From a virus, in IMG/VR virus record IMGVR_UViG_3300036766_000416, positions 64,001-128,000 of that record: a DNA stretch of 64,000 nucleotides. One strand, written 5' to 3'. The notes beneath the pieces were generated by a model. That model saw only the letters and a list, made by a program, of their open reading frames with translations, searched no databases and was not told the origin of the DNA. The number at the start of each line of letters is the position of its first letter. Positions within the stretch are counted from its first letter, which is position 1. Below, piece after piece: positions 1 through 12,400 of this stretch. The position numbers were made by a program, and so were the translations under genes.

Positions 1-1
1 C

Positions 2-1711
2 GTTCGAAATCTCCACGCACAAACTCTCACAGCAATCCGAGCAACGATCAACTCAGCATTCATCAATACCGCTACTATCAATAACGCGACCATTAACACC
101 GCAAACATATCCAGTGCGACCATCGCTAATGGAATAATGGGGGTGCACCCAGTTCAGAATCTTCAGATTGCGACGAAGGAGTATGTGGATACTCTCATAG
201 CGAATTCTGTACCACAGGGTGGAAATTTACAGTTACTCATCATCGCTGCCGGCGACCTCCTGGTGGGTATTGCGGATAACACCGCGGAACGATTGCCCAT
301 AGGAACATTAGATCGATCTGTGCTGATCGCTGGAAGTGACAGCAATACGGGGGTGCGCTGGAGCACTGGAACCAGGGGGTCTATCTCCACACACCGAGGC
401 CTCTACATAGGAACGTCTTTTGATTCTCAACTGAGAAATACACATGTCGAATTGGTGACGGTGGATGAGGTAGTAATGGATGATGGTACGCGCATTTCGT
501 CTGGTTGGAATGGATTAACAGCAGCGATTACCTCGAATGTCGCCACATCAGGAGTGGGATACATAGATACGGGGGTCGTTAAGGCGCAAACATGCTATGA
601 AATATGGGGTGTTCGTAACAGTAGCAACGGGGCCCAGGGACTCGTGCTGCATCGTGCTATTGAGCGATTTGTTGATGTGTCATACCGGCCAACCATCGTC
701 GCTGCGTTCCGAAAAATAAATTATGCGCTTGGAGTCGGTCTCACAACCTGTATCAATGCAGCCCAGAGCTTTGTCTCCACCAATACAGGTCCATTTACAT
801 CGATAGAACTGACGATGTTCCGAGTGGGATCGCCGGTAGGGAATTGTTGGGTGACGCTTGAGGCGAACACTGGGGGAAATGCGAGCGGAGTACCATTGTC
901 CACCAGTCGATACATGGATGCCGGTCGAATGCCCACTGATGCCACTGGGGGTCGAATTCGGTTTGTTTTTGATACCACGGCCAACGTCGTTTCTGGGAAT
1001 TCCTATTGGGGAGTCTTTCATGTGGATTATCCCCAGGCCTTTGTCGGAAATGAGAATCATCTTTCGTTGTGTGGAGTCGCCACTGAGGCGTTTGCGAACG
1101 GAACAGGAAAACAATTTAGTGCGAACACCAATACGTGGCAATCAGCGAACGCAAGTGCCCCAGCAATCGCCGACTTTTATATTCGAACATTTGTGGAAAG
1201 TTTCAACACCGATCTATTGATGCCAACGGGTTATGACCAGAAATGTCTACTCAGTTACATGTCAACCTCTGGTAATGCCGGAGGTTTTGGTGTCGTCGTG
1301 TCGGAGTATCACCAAAGGGGTACCAAAATTGAAACAAATTTTCATTATAACTGGGACATTAACTATAACTCAGCATTTGGTGGGGGTGCTAACCCCACCG
1401 ATGTGCAAACTGGGCTACTAGAAGTCTTGGATATGCGAAACTATGTACCCCCAGTTCCTTGCCTTGTGACATTTGCAGTGAGTTGTTATAGTGGCGTCCA
1501 TACGTTTACATGCGTGGGGGCTTTGTCCAGCACGGATATGGGAGGAACAGGAGGAACCCCCATAGTCATTGAGTCGAGCGGTCAGATATGTGCGAATATA
1601 CCCGCCTCTTCTCAGATGTTATTTGGACCGGTGCTTGTGGAACACCAATCTGTTGTACTTCGTACTCATGCGTCTACCACAACCTTCTGGACCGCTGAGG
1701 TGGAATACTAA
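2..1711 (+). CDS. Tail fibre / receptor-binding-like virion protein, paralog 1 (5'-partial)
   Basis: Frame is open from base 2 (VRNLHAQTL...TINNATINTAN) and matches the same segment of the next two paralogs, so the true start lies upstream of the window. Shares GDLLVG.A.NTA.RL, D..VM.DG..I.GW, YE.W and AQSF motifs with them. Confidence 0.6.
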   Translation, partial: VRNLHAQTLTAIRATINSAFINTATINNATINTANISSATIANGIMGVHPVQNLQIATKEYVDTLIANSVPQGGNLQLLIIAAGDLLVGIADNTAERLPIGTLDRSVLIAGSDSNTGVRWSTGTRGSISTHRGLYIGTSFDSQLRNTHVELVTVDEVVMDDGTRISSGWNGLTAAITSNVATSGVGYIDTGVVKAQTCYEIWGVRNSSNGAQGLVLHRAIERFVDVSYRPTIVAAFRKINYALGVGLTTCINAAQSFVSTNTGPFTSIELTMFRVGSPVGNCWVTLEANTGGNASGVPLSTSRYMDAGRMPTDATGGRIRFVFDTTANVVSGNSYWGVFHVDYPQAFVGNENHLSLCGVATEAFANGTGKQFSANTNTWQSANASAPAIADFYIRTFVESFNTDLLMPTGYDQKCLLSYMSTSGNAGGFGVVVSEYHQRGTKIETNFHYNWDINYNSAFGGGANPTDVQTGLLEVLDMRNYVPPVPCLVTFAVSCYSGVHTFTCVGALSSTDMGGTGGTPIVIESSGQICANIPASSQMLFGPVLVEHQSVVLRTHASTTTFWTAEVEY

Positions 1712-1712
1712 C

Positions 1713-3518
1713 ATGCCGTTTATTTGGAATACCAACCCCAATCCTCCACCCCAGGTACCACCATTTGTCATTGGGTCAGACGAAATCACCTACAAAGCTC
1801 ATGTGGTTGCCAACGCGGTGAATGCCGGTGGCGAACTGTCCTACAACACACCTAATGTTGGGTTTGATATTGTCTATGAGCTTGATTCACTCAATGTCAG
1901 GAACCTGAGAGTCACGACACTGAATGGTTCTCAACTCACGATCAATACGGCGACCATCAACACCGCAAGTATCAATCGAGCCACAATCAACACCGCAAAT
2001 TTTACCAATGTATTCATCCAATATGGGTTCATGGGAGGCGACCCTACTTCAAATTTACAGATTGCTACAAAGCATTATGTCGATATTCAATCGGCCAACG
2101 TACCCGCCGGAGGCAGTGACCTACAAAATATCATTAATGCCCGAGGGGATTTATTAGTAGGAATTGCAGCCAATACTGCTGCCCGGCTTCCCGTGGGTTC
2201 CAATGGACAGATACTTATTGCTGATAGCACCTCCAACACAGGTCTACGATGGGCGACTGTCGCTGGCTTGACGTCCTTTAATAATTTATGGATACAGACG
2301 CACTACAATCTTGCAGTGAAAAATCACCAGGTACTTTTGAGACAGGCTGATGAGATTATTATGAATGACGGTTCTCGTGTAGCAGGGTGGTCCAACCTTG
2401 TTGCGGATATTACGGTATCGGGTGCAGGCGGGCTTGATATAGGTGTGGAGGAACCCTCGCATTGGTACGAGGTCTATGCGCTTCACGATAGCTCCAATGA
2501 TGTCGTGTCGCTGGTCCTTCACCGAGCACCTGAAACTCTTTTGGATCAGTCGCTTGTCACGACTACAGACAACGGAAGAAATGTGAGGAATGCCGCAGGA
2601 GGTGAATCGAAGATTGCACAGAGTTTTGTGCCGCTAGTTGCCGGCCCATTGACCAGCGTAGAGGTAGAGGTTAGCAGAGTGGGTTCACCAACGGGGTTGA
2701 TTTGGGTGACCTTGGAGACCGATGATGCTAATAATGTCGGATTCCCTAGTGGTAATGTACTAGCGACGAGCCGTGTGATGGACGTGGCACGACTCCCTAC
2801 AGATAAAGCCAGAATGCGGTTTCTATTCGACACAAATACATCTGTGTCGTTGAGCACGACGTACCATCTAGTGTATCAAGGTGATTATACTGTGAGTGGT
2901 GTGAACTACACAACGATATGGGGGATTGCTGCTGGTGGTTACACAAATGGTCGAGCCAATGAATTTCGTATTCCAACGTCAACCTGGAGACGCTGCACGG
3001 ACTCTGGTGGTCCTGCAGACCTTTGGTTCAAAACATTTGTGAAGGGTACTCCTGCCACCGAGGTTGTGTTACCTGTGAATTACGACCAATGGTGTCACAT
3101 TAGTTACGTGTATAACAATAGTGCCGGGCACTTCAAACCCTATGTTCAAAAAAACCGCAAAATCGTTGCATCGGTGTCGAGCGATTGGAGAGCCTTTACA
3201 GCGGTTACTGGACTCATTGAAGCGGTGGATTTGGGGACCTTTGTTCCTCCGGTGCCATGTGCGGTTCAATTTTATTTGTGGACTGCTCATGCGAGCCCTA
3301 ATGTCCCTAGCCCGATTGGTGGTGTGTCAAGCACTGATATGCTCATTACAGGAGGGACTTCTGTAGGATCAGTGACCGCCAACGTGAAGGGTCCAAGTGT
3401 AACCACCCGTGGTGTGTCTGTGGGTCCATATAATTATATGGTCGTCGAGGACCAGGTGATTCTCGCACGAATGCAGAATGTGGATTCACGTCTCTATTCG
3501 GTTGCCGTAAGTTTTTAA
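1713..3518 (+). CDS. Tail fibre / receptor-binding-like virion protein, paralog 2 (601 aa)
   Basis: Start moved from 1569 to ATG 1713 (MPFIWNTNPNPPP): GAGGTGG SD upstream, 1 nt after the previous stop, and same N-terminus as the 3535 gene. Confidence 0.65.
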   Translation: MPFIWNTNPNPPPQVPPFVIGSDEITYKAHVVANAVNAGGELSYNTPNVGFDIVYELDSLNVRNLRVTTLNGSQLTINTATINTASINRATINTANFTNVFIQYGFMGGDPTSNLQIATKHYVDIQSANVPAGGSDLQNIINARGDLLVGIAANTAARLPVGSNGQILIADSTSNTGLRWATVAGLTSFNNLWIQTHYNLAVKNHQVLLRQADEIIMNDGSRVAGWSNLVADITVSGAGGLDIGVEEPSHWYEVYALHDSSNDVVSLVLHRAPETLLDQSLVTTTDNGRNVRNAAGGESKIAQSFVPLVAGPLTSVEVEVSRVGSPTGLIWVTLETDDANNVGFPSGNVLATSRVMDVARLPTDKARMRFLFDTNTSVSLSTTYHLVYQGDYTVSGVNYTTIWGIAAGGYTNGRANEFRIPTSTWRRCTDSGGPADLWFKTFVKGTPATEVVLPVNYDQWCHISYVYNNSAGHFKPYVQKNRKIVASVSSDWRAFTAVTGLIEAVDLGTFVPPVPCAVQFYLWTAHASPNVPSPIGGVSSTDMLITGGTSVGSVTANVKGPSVTTRGVSVGPYNYMVVEDQVILARMQNVDSRLYSVAVSF

Positions 3519-3534
3519 CTTTTATAGGAACGTT

Positions 3535-5460
3535 ATGCCATTTATTTGGAATTCAAATCCTAACCCTCCTCCAGCGAACGTTGCTCCTGAGATTGCTTCA
3601 ACGGAGATTAGCTACAAGGTCCATGTGGTGGCCAATACGGTCAACGCCGGAGGCGAGGTATCCTACAACACCCCCAATGCTGGGTACGACGTCATCTACG
3701 AACTTGATTCGCTGAACGTCAGAACCATGAGGGTACAGAGTGGAATCATTGGTGCAGCAAATATTGGAACGGCATTCATCAACAATGCGACGATCAACCA
3801 GGCCTCCATCAACACCGCGAACATCACCCACGCAACCATCAATGTCGGATTTTTCACTGGAAATGCCACAGCGAATTTCAGCATGGTTTCAAAGCAATAT
3901 GTGGACAATGCGATTGCGAATATCTCTGGTGGTTCGGGACCTGATCTTACAGCTAATATTTTCCAATTAAAGGGTGACTTGCTTGTTGGGTTCGCACCCA
4001 ATACAGCCCATCGATTGGGTGTGGGAGATGATGGGGAAATCTTGAGTGTGCGTGGAAGTAGCAACCTCAAGACTCGGTGGATTTCCTCATCCAGCACTCA
4101 ATCATTTTCTGGATTGCGTATTGGTACCCATTTTCATCCTACATTGAAACACTCACAAGTGTTGTTGAATCATGTTGATGGTATCGTAATGAATGACGGG
4201 GAATACGTCACAGGGTGGGATGGTCTCGTTGCGGATATCACTGTTTCGGGAGCAGGTGGACTAGACTCCAACAGTGCAGAAGCCGCGAATACCTGGTATG
4301 AGGTCTGGGCCATCCGCAACAGTAATAGCGGAGCAAAGAGCCTTCTTCTTCATCGTACTCTTAATAGAGAGATCAACCAAGAATGGGTACCCACTACATT
4401 TGGGGGTGTCGGTGTCACGGCAGTCTTACGAATAGGGGATGCTGCTGGATTCAGTCTTCCTAGCCAGAGATATTGCACGAAAGTTTCGCAAAGTTTTATT
4501 CCTTCTTCATCAAATCCCATTGGAATGATACAACTGGCATCGGGAACCAATGTGACACCAAATGGAAATTTATGGATCAGCATACAAAGTGATAGTAGTG
4601 GAAACGCCAGTGGATCGAGTATCGCTACGTCAGAGAGCATTCTTGTAAACGGGTGGGTTTCAGGTAGACTACAACTCAGTTTCATATTTGACACCACTGT
4701 TTCTTTAACACCAGGAGGTCGATACCATATTGTGATGGAGGGTGACTGGGATTATCTTTTGGGTCTGCAGTCCAACGCAATAATTTTTTGGGGGAATAGC
4801 GCACCCATATCGGGTGGTCAGCAACAATGGATGGCCAACGTGGGGTATAATCCAGGTGGCAATGCAGCCCCATATGGGTTTGGGGATTGTAGGATGTATA
4901 ATGTAGTAACTGACAGATGGTCTGTCTCATCAAATATAGGGGGACCATCTGACCTCTGGTTCAAACTCTACACCAACAATAATGACACCTCTTTGGCTTT
5001 GCCTTCGGGGTACAATCAAAGATGCCTTATTAGTTACGTGAACAACAACGGTTCTAGCAATTTTAAGGAATACCACCAAATGGGCAGAACCATTTATGGT
5101 GGTTATGATGATGATTGGCGAGTTCACACCTTGGATTCTTCGACTGATTTTACACTGATAGCATCGGACGTGTCTAGTGGTGTTCCACCGGTACCCTGTG
5201 CGGTTCAGTTTTTGGGTCGTCAATTTCTGAGTTCCGTTGCCGGTATCAATTTGGGTCTCAGAAATATGTATGGATTGACTGTATCTTCTGTCAATGATAC
5301 CTCTCATGGACCATTAGGGAGCTACACCTTTGGTGGGTTTACGGTCCATACGGTACTCTCTCATACCATGCCCCTCGATGGAATACAAGTTGTAAATTGG
5401 AACGGCGCGCCACCTCCTGGAGCAGGGGACACACTTTACATGGCCAACATCACGTTCTAG
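3535..5460 (+). CDS. Tail fibre / receptor-binding-like virion protein, paralog 3 (641 aa)
   Basis: MPFIWNSNPNPPP N-terminus; colinear with paralog 2 (ADITVSGAGGLD, WYEV, SQSFIP, DLWFK, VPPVPCAVQF). Confidence 0.65.
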   Translation: MPFIWNSNPNPPPANVAPEIASTEISYKVHVVANTVNAGGEVSYNTPNAGYDVIYELDSLNVRTMRVQSGIIGAANIGTAFINNATINQASINTANITHATINVGFFTGNATANFSMVSKQYVDNAIANISGGSGPDLTANIFQLKGDLLVGFAPNTAHRLGVGDDGEILSVRGSSNLKTRWISSSSTQSFSGLRIGTHFHPTLKHSQVLLNHVDGIVMNDGEYVTGWDGLVADITVSGAGGLDSNSAEAANTWYEVWAIRNSNSGAKSLLLHRTLNREINQEWVPTTFGGVGVTAVLRIGDAAGFSLPSQRYCTKVSQSFIPSSSNPIGMIQLASGTNVTPNGNLWISIQSDSSGNASGSSIATSESILVNGWVSGRLQLSFIFDTTVSLTPGGRYHIVMEGDWDYLLGLQSNAIIFWGNSAPISGGQQQWMANVGYNPGGNAAPYGFGDCRMYNVVTDRWSVSSNIGGPSDLWFKLYTNNNDTSLALPSGYNQRCLISYVNNNGSSNFKEYHQMGRTIYGGYDDDWRVHTLDSSTDFTLIASDVSSGVPPVPCAVQFLGRQFLSSVAGINLGLRNMYGLTVSSVNDTSHGPLGSYTFGGFTVHTVLSHTMPLDGIQVVNWNGAPPPGAGDTLYMANITF

Positions 5461-5471
5461 CTTACCGGACG

Positions 5472-5479
5472 CATAAATA
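5472..5479 (+). promoter_or_regulatory. T4-type late promoter (CATAAATA)
   Basis: Intergenic CATAAATA; the identical octamer precedes gp18, gp19, the gp67-like gene and gp22; gp55 is encoded in the window. Confidence 0.7.
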
Positions 5480-5504
5480 GAGGGAACACTTCAAGAGGTA
5501 ACCA

Positions 5505-5837
5505 ATGGCTGGATATGTCGCAATCAATATTGAGCAGCATGCGAACTTTTCGCGGGTTATTACAGTCAAACAAGCCGATGGGTCAGCCCAAAACCTCACA
5601 GGTTACGCTGCAAACACCCTGATACGCCGATCTTTCTACTCCGAACACTCCAACACCATTACTACGGTTATTACCGATGCCTCCAACGGGCAGATTACCC
5701 TGAGTATGACTGCGGCCAATACAGGGTTATTGAGGGCTGGTCGTTATGTGTTTGACACCACGACGACCACCGGGGGTGGAGTAGTCCAACGTATGATCGA
5801 AGGGGTAGCTGTGGTATCCCCAGGTGTAACCCACTGA
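5505..5837 (+). CDS. Small virion structural protein (BppU N-terminal-like baseplate/adaptor domain)
   Basis: I.Q.A.F.......DG...NLTGY.A...IR.S......G.I.LS.TAA.T..L.AGRYVFD pattern typical of T4-like phage virion proteins; GAGG SD. Confidence 0.55.
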   Translation: MAGYVAINIEQHANFSRVITVKQADGSAQNLTGYAANTLIRRSFYSEHSNTITTVITDASNGQITLSMTAANTGLLRAGRYVFDTTTTTGGGVVQRMIEGVAVVSPGVTH

Positions 5838-5838
5838 T

Positions 5839-6428
5839 ATGTTCACGATTTATCAAGTAACTAATACAGTCAATGGAAAGAGGTATGTAGGGTTTACAAG
5901 TCAGAATCCACCACTCAATCGATGGACCGATCATAAGCGCAATGCCAAAAATGGATCAATGACACACCTTCATTGTGCCATCAGGAAATATGGTTTCGAA
6001 TCGTTTCTTTGGAGTGTATTGGAGGAAGGTCTGGAAACTGAAGTTGGGCAAAATGCTAGGGAACCCTATTGGATTTCTGTTATAAACCCTGAATATAATA
6101 AAACGCGAGGTGGAGAAGGGAGAGTGGGTTTTACTCAAGGAGCCGCAGAACGAGAGAAAAGAAGCAAAACAATGAAAATAGTAATGTTAGGTAACAAAAA
6201 CGGAAGAGGTCGCAAAGGGGTTAAAAATAAGGAAGAGCAAAACAGAAAACACTCAGAATTCATGATGGGGAAACACCATCTCCTCAGACCCTTGAAAAAA
6301 GACGAACCTCTATGCTCGGAAAAAACACGGGACCACAAATCAAGGTTACCTGCTTGATTTGTAAAAGGACTGGAGGACTTCCTAATATGATTCGTTATCA
6401 TTTCGGAAATTGTAAGGAAAAGAAATAA
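5839..6428 (+). pseudogene. GIY-YIG (Seg-like) homing endonuclease, frameshifted near 6271-6273
   Basis: FTIYQVTN...RYVGFT GIY-YIG domain. Frame 0 stops at 6357, but the -1 frame from 6273 reads TPSPQTLEKRR...VTCLICKRTGGLPNMIRYHFGNCKEKK*, the C-terminal Cys motif of the 25064 paralog, and ends in TAA 6426-6428 overlapping the next ATG. Confidence 0.75.
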
Positions 6429-9400
6429 TGCCACTCGATCCCATAGTTGTCCAGATTAAAGGCGGTCCTACCAAGGTTATCACAGGTCCTGCTGGTGCAG
6501 CTACACGTCTTGTTGAACTCTCAGACGTCGATGCAACACCAGTTGCCAATGGTGACGTGCTCACCTATGTCTCGGCCAACGGAAAATTTGAATTCCATCC
6601 AACAGCCGACAGTTCCAATGCCTTCGGTGTTGTCAACGTCGCGGGGCAGAACAATGTCATTGCCACAACACCTTCCGATACGCTTGAGCTAATCGCTGGA
6701 ACAGGCATCCTGGTTCTCACCGATAACGTCAATAATTCAGTGACCATCGTGGCTACAGGTGGATCGGCGTTTGACCAATATGCGCGTGATGTAGCCAACG
6801 GTGCATACGACCAAGCCAACGCGGCCTACGCAAATGCGAACACGGCGATTTATACCGCGGCGCAAATCCGCGCCAACATCAGTAACACTGCACCAATCAA
6901 CTACAGTGCGACAACAGGGATCATCAGTCACGCGGATTCCGGTGTCACCGCAACAACCTATGGTAACACCACGTATGTTCCCACGGTCACGGTGGATGCC
7001 CGTGGTCATGTGACGTCCATCACCAATACAGCAATCACATTCCCACCAAGTGGCGTCACATCGGTTGCAGGCAAGACTGGAGCAGTTCTCCTAGACACGT
7101 ATGACATTGCGGAGAACACTTCAAGCAACCTCTGGTTCACTGCTGCAAGAGTCCGTTCGAACATTTCCAATACCGCTCCAATCAACTATGAGCCCACGAC
7201 CGGTGTTGTTTCCCATGCGGATTCTGGAGTTGTCGCTTCTGGATATGGTGATGCCGCAACGGTACCTAAGGTTGTCGTAGACTCTAAGGGGCACGCTACC
7301 TCGGTCACCAATACTTCCATTGCTATCTCAGCAGTAGCCATCACGTCAGGAACCTTAGCAGTCGCTAGAGGTGGTACCGGGCAGACAGCAATAACAGTTA
7401 ATGGATCATTGCTAATTGGAAATACCGTCAGTGGTGGATTCGACGTCAACCCGATCACGCAGGGTGCGGGAATTCTGGTCACCAATGACAAGGGTTCAAT
7501 TACAATTACAGCGAACGTCACTTCAGCGACCGATCAATTCGCCCGAGACCAAGCGAATGCTGCATATAATCAAGCGAATAATGCCTATGCGAATGCGAAC
7601 ACGGCCATCTACACAGCGGCTCAGATACGCGCCAACATTTCCAACACAGCACCAATAAACTATGACCCTACAGCAGGTGTAATCAGTCATGCGTTATCTG
7701 GAGTAGCCGCATCAGGATATGGTGACGCTGCCACCGTAGCCAAAGTTGTTGTAGATTCGAATGGTCACGTCACCTCGGTCGTAAATACAGCCATTGCGAT
7801 TTCTGCGGCAGCAATCACCAGCGGCACCCTAGCAGTCGTTCGCGGAGGTACCGGCCAAACCGCCATCACGGTCAATGGATCATTACTTATTGGCAACACG
7901 GTCTCTAGTGGTTTTGACGTCAACCCAATCACCCAAGGTGCCGGAATCCTTATCACCAATGATAAAGGTTCGATCACCATCACTGCAAATGTGACCTCAG
8001 CTACAGATCAATTTGCTCGTGACCAAGCCAACGCTGCATTCAATCAAGCGAATACAGCGAATGTCACCGGACAAGCGGCATTTGATAAAGCGAATGGTGC
8101 CATCTATACGGCCGCACAAATCCGAGCTAACCTGTCCAATACAGCACCAATCAACTATGACGCTACTACTGGTGTCATCAGCCACGCACTATCCGGTGTG
8201 ACCGCTTCTGGATATGGCGATGCGGCCACAGTGGCCAAAGTCGTGGTGGATTCCAATGGTCACGTCACTTCCGTAGTGAATACTGCCATAGCAATCTCCG
8301 CTACGCAAATCACATCAGGAACGCTCGCGGTTGTTCGTGGGGGTACCGCACAGACTGCGATCAATGGCAATGGTTCTCTGCTCATCGGCAATACCGTATC
8401 AGGTGGTTATGATGTCAACACCCTCACTCAAGGCACCGGTATCATCATCACCAACGATAAGGGCTCAATCACGATTGAAGCGACGGGTGGGGCGGCAACC
8501 GATCAGTATGCCCGCGACAAAGCTAACGGGGCCGCACAGAATGCCTTCGTCACGATCAACATTGCTGGACAGTCCGATGTGGTGGCGGATTCCAATGTAG
8601 ACACCCTGATTCTCGTAGCTGGTACAGGCATACTACTCACCACTGATTCACCAAACGACACCATCACCATTACAGCAACGGGTGGATCAGCGACCGACCA
8701 ATTCGCCAGAGACACAGCTAATGGTGCGTTCGCAAAGGCCAATGGGGCCGCACAAAATGCCTTCGTCACACTCAATGTAGCGGGTCAATCGGATATCGTA
8801 GCGGATTCGAATACCGATACCTTGACGATTGTTGGTTCAGGTATCACGATTACGACTGATGCGGGAACCGATACACTGACCATTCAGCACCCGGCATCAG
8901 GTGTTGTGGCCTCTGGATATGGTGACGCTGCGACAGTGCCGAAGTTTGTGGTCGATGCCAATGGTCACGTCACTTCGGTCACGAATACAGCCATCGCTAT
9001 CTCAGCGACACAGATTACTTCTGGTACTCTTACCGTAGCACGGGGGGGTACCGGTCAAACCGCCATTACAGTGAATGGTTCATTGTTGATTGGCAATACC
9101 GTTAGTGGTGGTTTCGACGTGAACCCGATTACCCAGGGCACTAACATTACGGTCACCAATGACAAAGGTTCGATCACCATATCGTCAAGTGATGCCTTCG
9201 CGCAGTCTCAAGCCAATGCGGCCTATGATCGTGCCAATGCCGCCTATGCGAACGCGAATACTGCCATCTACACCGCAGCACAAATCCGTGCCAATTTGTC
9301 TAATACCACACCGATCAATTATGACGCGACGACGGGTGTTATCAGTCATGCGCTCTCTGGAGTCGCGGCAAGTGGTTATGGTGATGCAGCCACAGTGGCG

Positions 9401-12400
9401 AAGGTTGTGGTGGATTCGAATGGTCACGTCACTTCAGTCACCAATACTGCTATAGCAATATCCGCAACACAAATTACTTCAGGCACCTTAGCGGTTGTTC
9501 GTGGGGGTACTGGGCAGACCGCAATCACGGTGAATGGTTCGTTGTTGATTGGAAACACAGTGAGTGGGGGATTCGACGTCAATCCAATCACACAGGGAAC
9601 CAATATCACCGTTACGAACGATAAAGGTTCGATTACCATATCATCTAGCGATGCTTTCGCGCAATCCCAGGCCAATGCCGCTTATGACCGAGCGAATGCC
9701 GCCTATGCCAATGCGAACACCGCTATCTACACTGCGGCTCAAATCAGGGCTAATCTTTCGAACACCGCGCCGATCAATTATGACGCCACCACTGGTGTTA
9801 TTTCCCATGCGGTATCGGGTGTCGCCGCGAGTGGTTATGGTGATGCAGCTACGGTGCCGAAGGTTGTGGTTGATGTAACAGGGCACGTCACTTCCGTAGT
9901 GAATACCGCCATAGCAATCTCTGCTGCTGCAATCACGTCAGGTACTCTAGCGGTCGCTAGAGGAGGTACCGGTCAAACTACCATCACGGTGAATGGATCA
10001 CTCCTCATAGGTAATACAGTCTCCGGTGGCTTTGACGTCAACCCCATTACTCAAGGGACCAATATCACCATCACCAATGATAAGGGTTCGATCACGATTG
10101 CATCGTCAGATGCCTTTGCCCAGTCTCAAGCGAATGCGGCTTTTGATCGTGCCAATGCCGCCTATGCCAATGCCAATACAGCAATTTACACCGCTGCTCA
10201 AATAAGAGCCAATCTTTCCAATACTGCCCCAATCAATTACGATGCCACAACAGGAGTTATCAGTCACGCAATATCAGGTGTAACCGCTTCTGGTTACGGT
10301 GACGCGGCTACAGTAGCCAAGGTTGTTGTTGATACCTTTGGTCATGTCACTTCAGTCACCAATACTGCCATAGCAATCTCTGCTGCTGCAATCACCAGTG
10401 GCACCTTAGCGGTCGCTAGAGGTGGCACAGCACAAACGGCGATCAATGGCAATGGTTCTTTGCTCATCGGCAACACAGTCTCCGGTGGCTACGACGTCAA
10501 CACCTTGACCCAGGGAACTGGTATCGTCATCACCAACGATAAGGGATCGATCACGATTGCCGCAACAGGTGGCTCTGCGACCGATGATTATGCGAGAGCA
10601 CACGCCAATGGTGCGTTTGATAAAGCTAATGGTGCCGCACAGAATGCGTTTATTACACTCAACGTCGCTGGTCAATCCGATATCGTGGCGGATTCGAATG
10701 TAGACACCTTGATTCTTGTGGGTTCTGGTATCACCCTTACGACAGATGCGGGTACCGATACCCTAACCATCCAGCACCCGGCGTCTGGTGTTGTCGCCTC
10801 AGGTTATGGTGACGCATCGACAGTGCCGAAGTTTGTGGTCGATGCCAATGGTCACGTCACTTCGGTCACGAATACAGCCATAGCAATATCCGCAACACAA
10901 ATCACTTCAGGAACACTTGCGGTCGCCCGAGGTGGCACAGGTCAAACCGCAATCACTGTAAATGGTTCTCTCTTAATTGGAAATACTGTGTCCGGTGGTT
11001 TCGACGTCAATCCAATTACTCAAGGAACCAATATCACTGTTACAAACGATAAAGGTTCGATCACGATTTCGTCAAGTGATGCCTTTGCTCAGTCCCAAGC
11101 CAATGCGGCCTTTGATCGTGCGAATGCAGCCTATGCGAATGCCAATACAGCTATCTACACCGCGGCTCAAATAAGGGCCAATCTGTCCAACACAGCACCA
11201 ATAAATTATGACGCAACCACTGGAGTCATCAGCCATGCCTTGTCTGGTGTAACGGCCTCTGGATATGGTGACGCGGACACAGTAGCAAAGGTTGTAGTAG
11301 ACTCCAACGGGCACGTCACTTCAGTAGTGAATACGGCCATAGCAATATCCGCCACACAAATCACATCGGGAACTTTAGCAGTTGCTAGAGGTGGAACGGG
11401 TCAAACCGCGATTACGGTAAATGGCTCCTTGTTGATCGGCAATACCGTTAGTGGTGGTTTTGACGTCAACCCGATTACTCAAGGAACCAACATCACAGTT
11501 ACGAACGACAAGGGTTCAATTGCAATCTCGTCCAGTGATGCCTTTGCCCAGGCTCAAGCCAATGCGGCCTTTGCTCGTGCCAATGCGGCCTATGCCAATG
11601 CGAACACCGCTATCTACACTGCGGCTCAAATCAGGGCTAATCTTTCGAACACCGCGCCGATCAATTATGACGCCACCACTGGAGTTATCAGTCATGCTCT
11701 GTCTGGTGTAACCGCTTCGGGTTATGGTGACGCAGCTACTGTCGCAAAGGTTGTCGTGGATTCGAATGGTCATGTAACTTCAGTAGTGAATACTGCTATA
11801 GCGATTTCTGCAACACAGATTACTTCAGGCACCTTAGCAGTTGTTCGTGGAGGTACTGGACAAACCGCTATAACGGTCAACGGTTCCCTGCTCATCGGCA
11901 ACACGGTCTCTGGTGGATTCGATGTAAACCCGATTACTCAGGGCACCAATATCACGGTCACCAATGACAAGGGTTCGATCACCATATCCTCATCGGATGC
12001 GTTTGCCCAGTCTCAAGCGAACGCTGCGTTCGACAGAGCCAATGCTGCTTACGCGAATGCGAACACCGCGATTTACACCGCTGCCCAGATTCGAGCGAAC
12101 CTTAGTAACACAGCCCCAATCAATTATGATGCCACCACTGGTGTTATTTCCCATGCGTTATCTGGAGTAACGGCGAGTGGTTATGGCGATGCAGCAACGG
12201 TGGCAAAAGTCGTCGTGGACTCAAACGGTCATGTAACTTCAGTAGTGAATACTGCTATAGCAATTTCCGCTACGCAAATCACCAGTGGTACCTTAGCAGT
12301 TGTTCGCGGGGGTACCGCACAAACGGCGATCAACGGCAATGGTTCCTTGTTGATCGGCAATACGGTGTCCGGTGGCTACGACGTCAATACCTTGACCCAG

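Noticed and set aside
1569-1712. Upstream extension of the 649-aa ORF
   Set aside because: Overlaps the previous gene in another frame; the paralog N-terminus and SD place the start at 1713.
6265-6275. Programmed -1 frameshift at GGGGAAAC
   Set aside because: The G GGA AAC heptamer is not in the reading frame of the gene; a one-base deletion explains it more simply.
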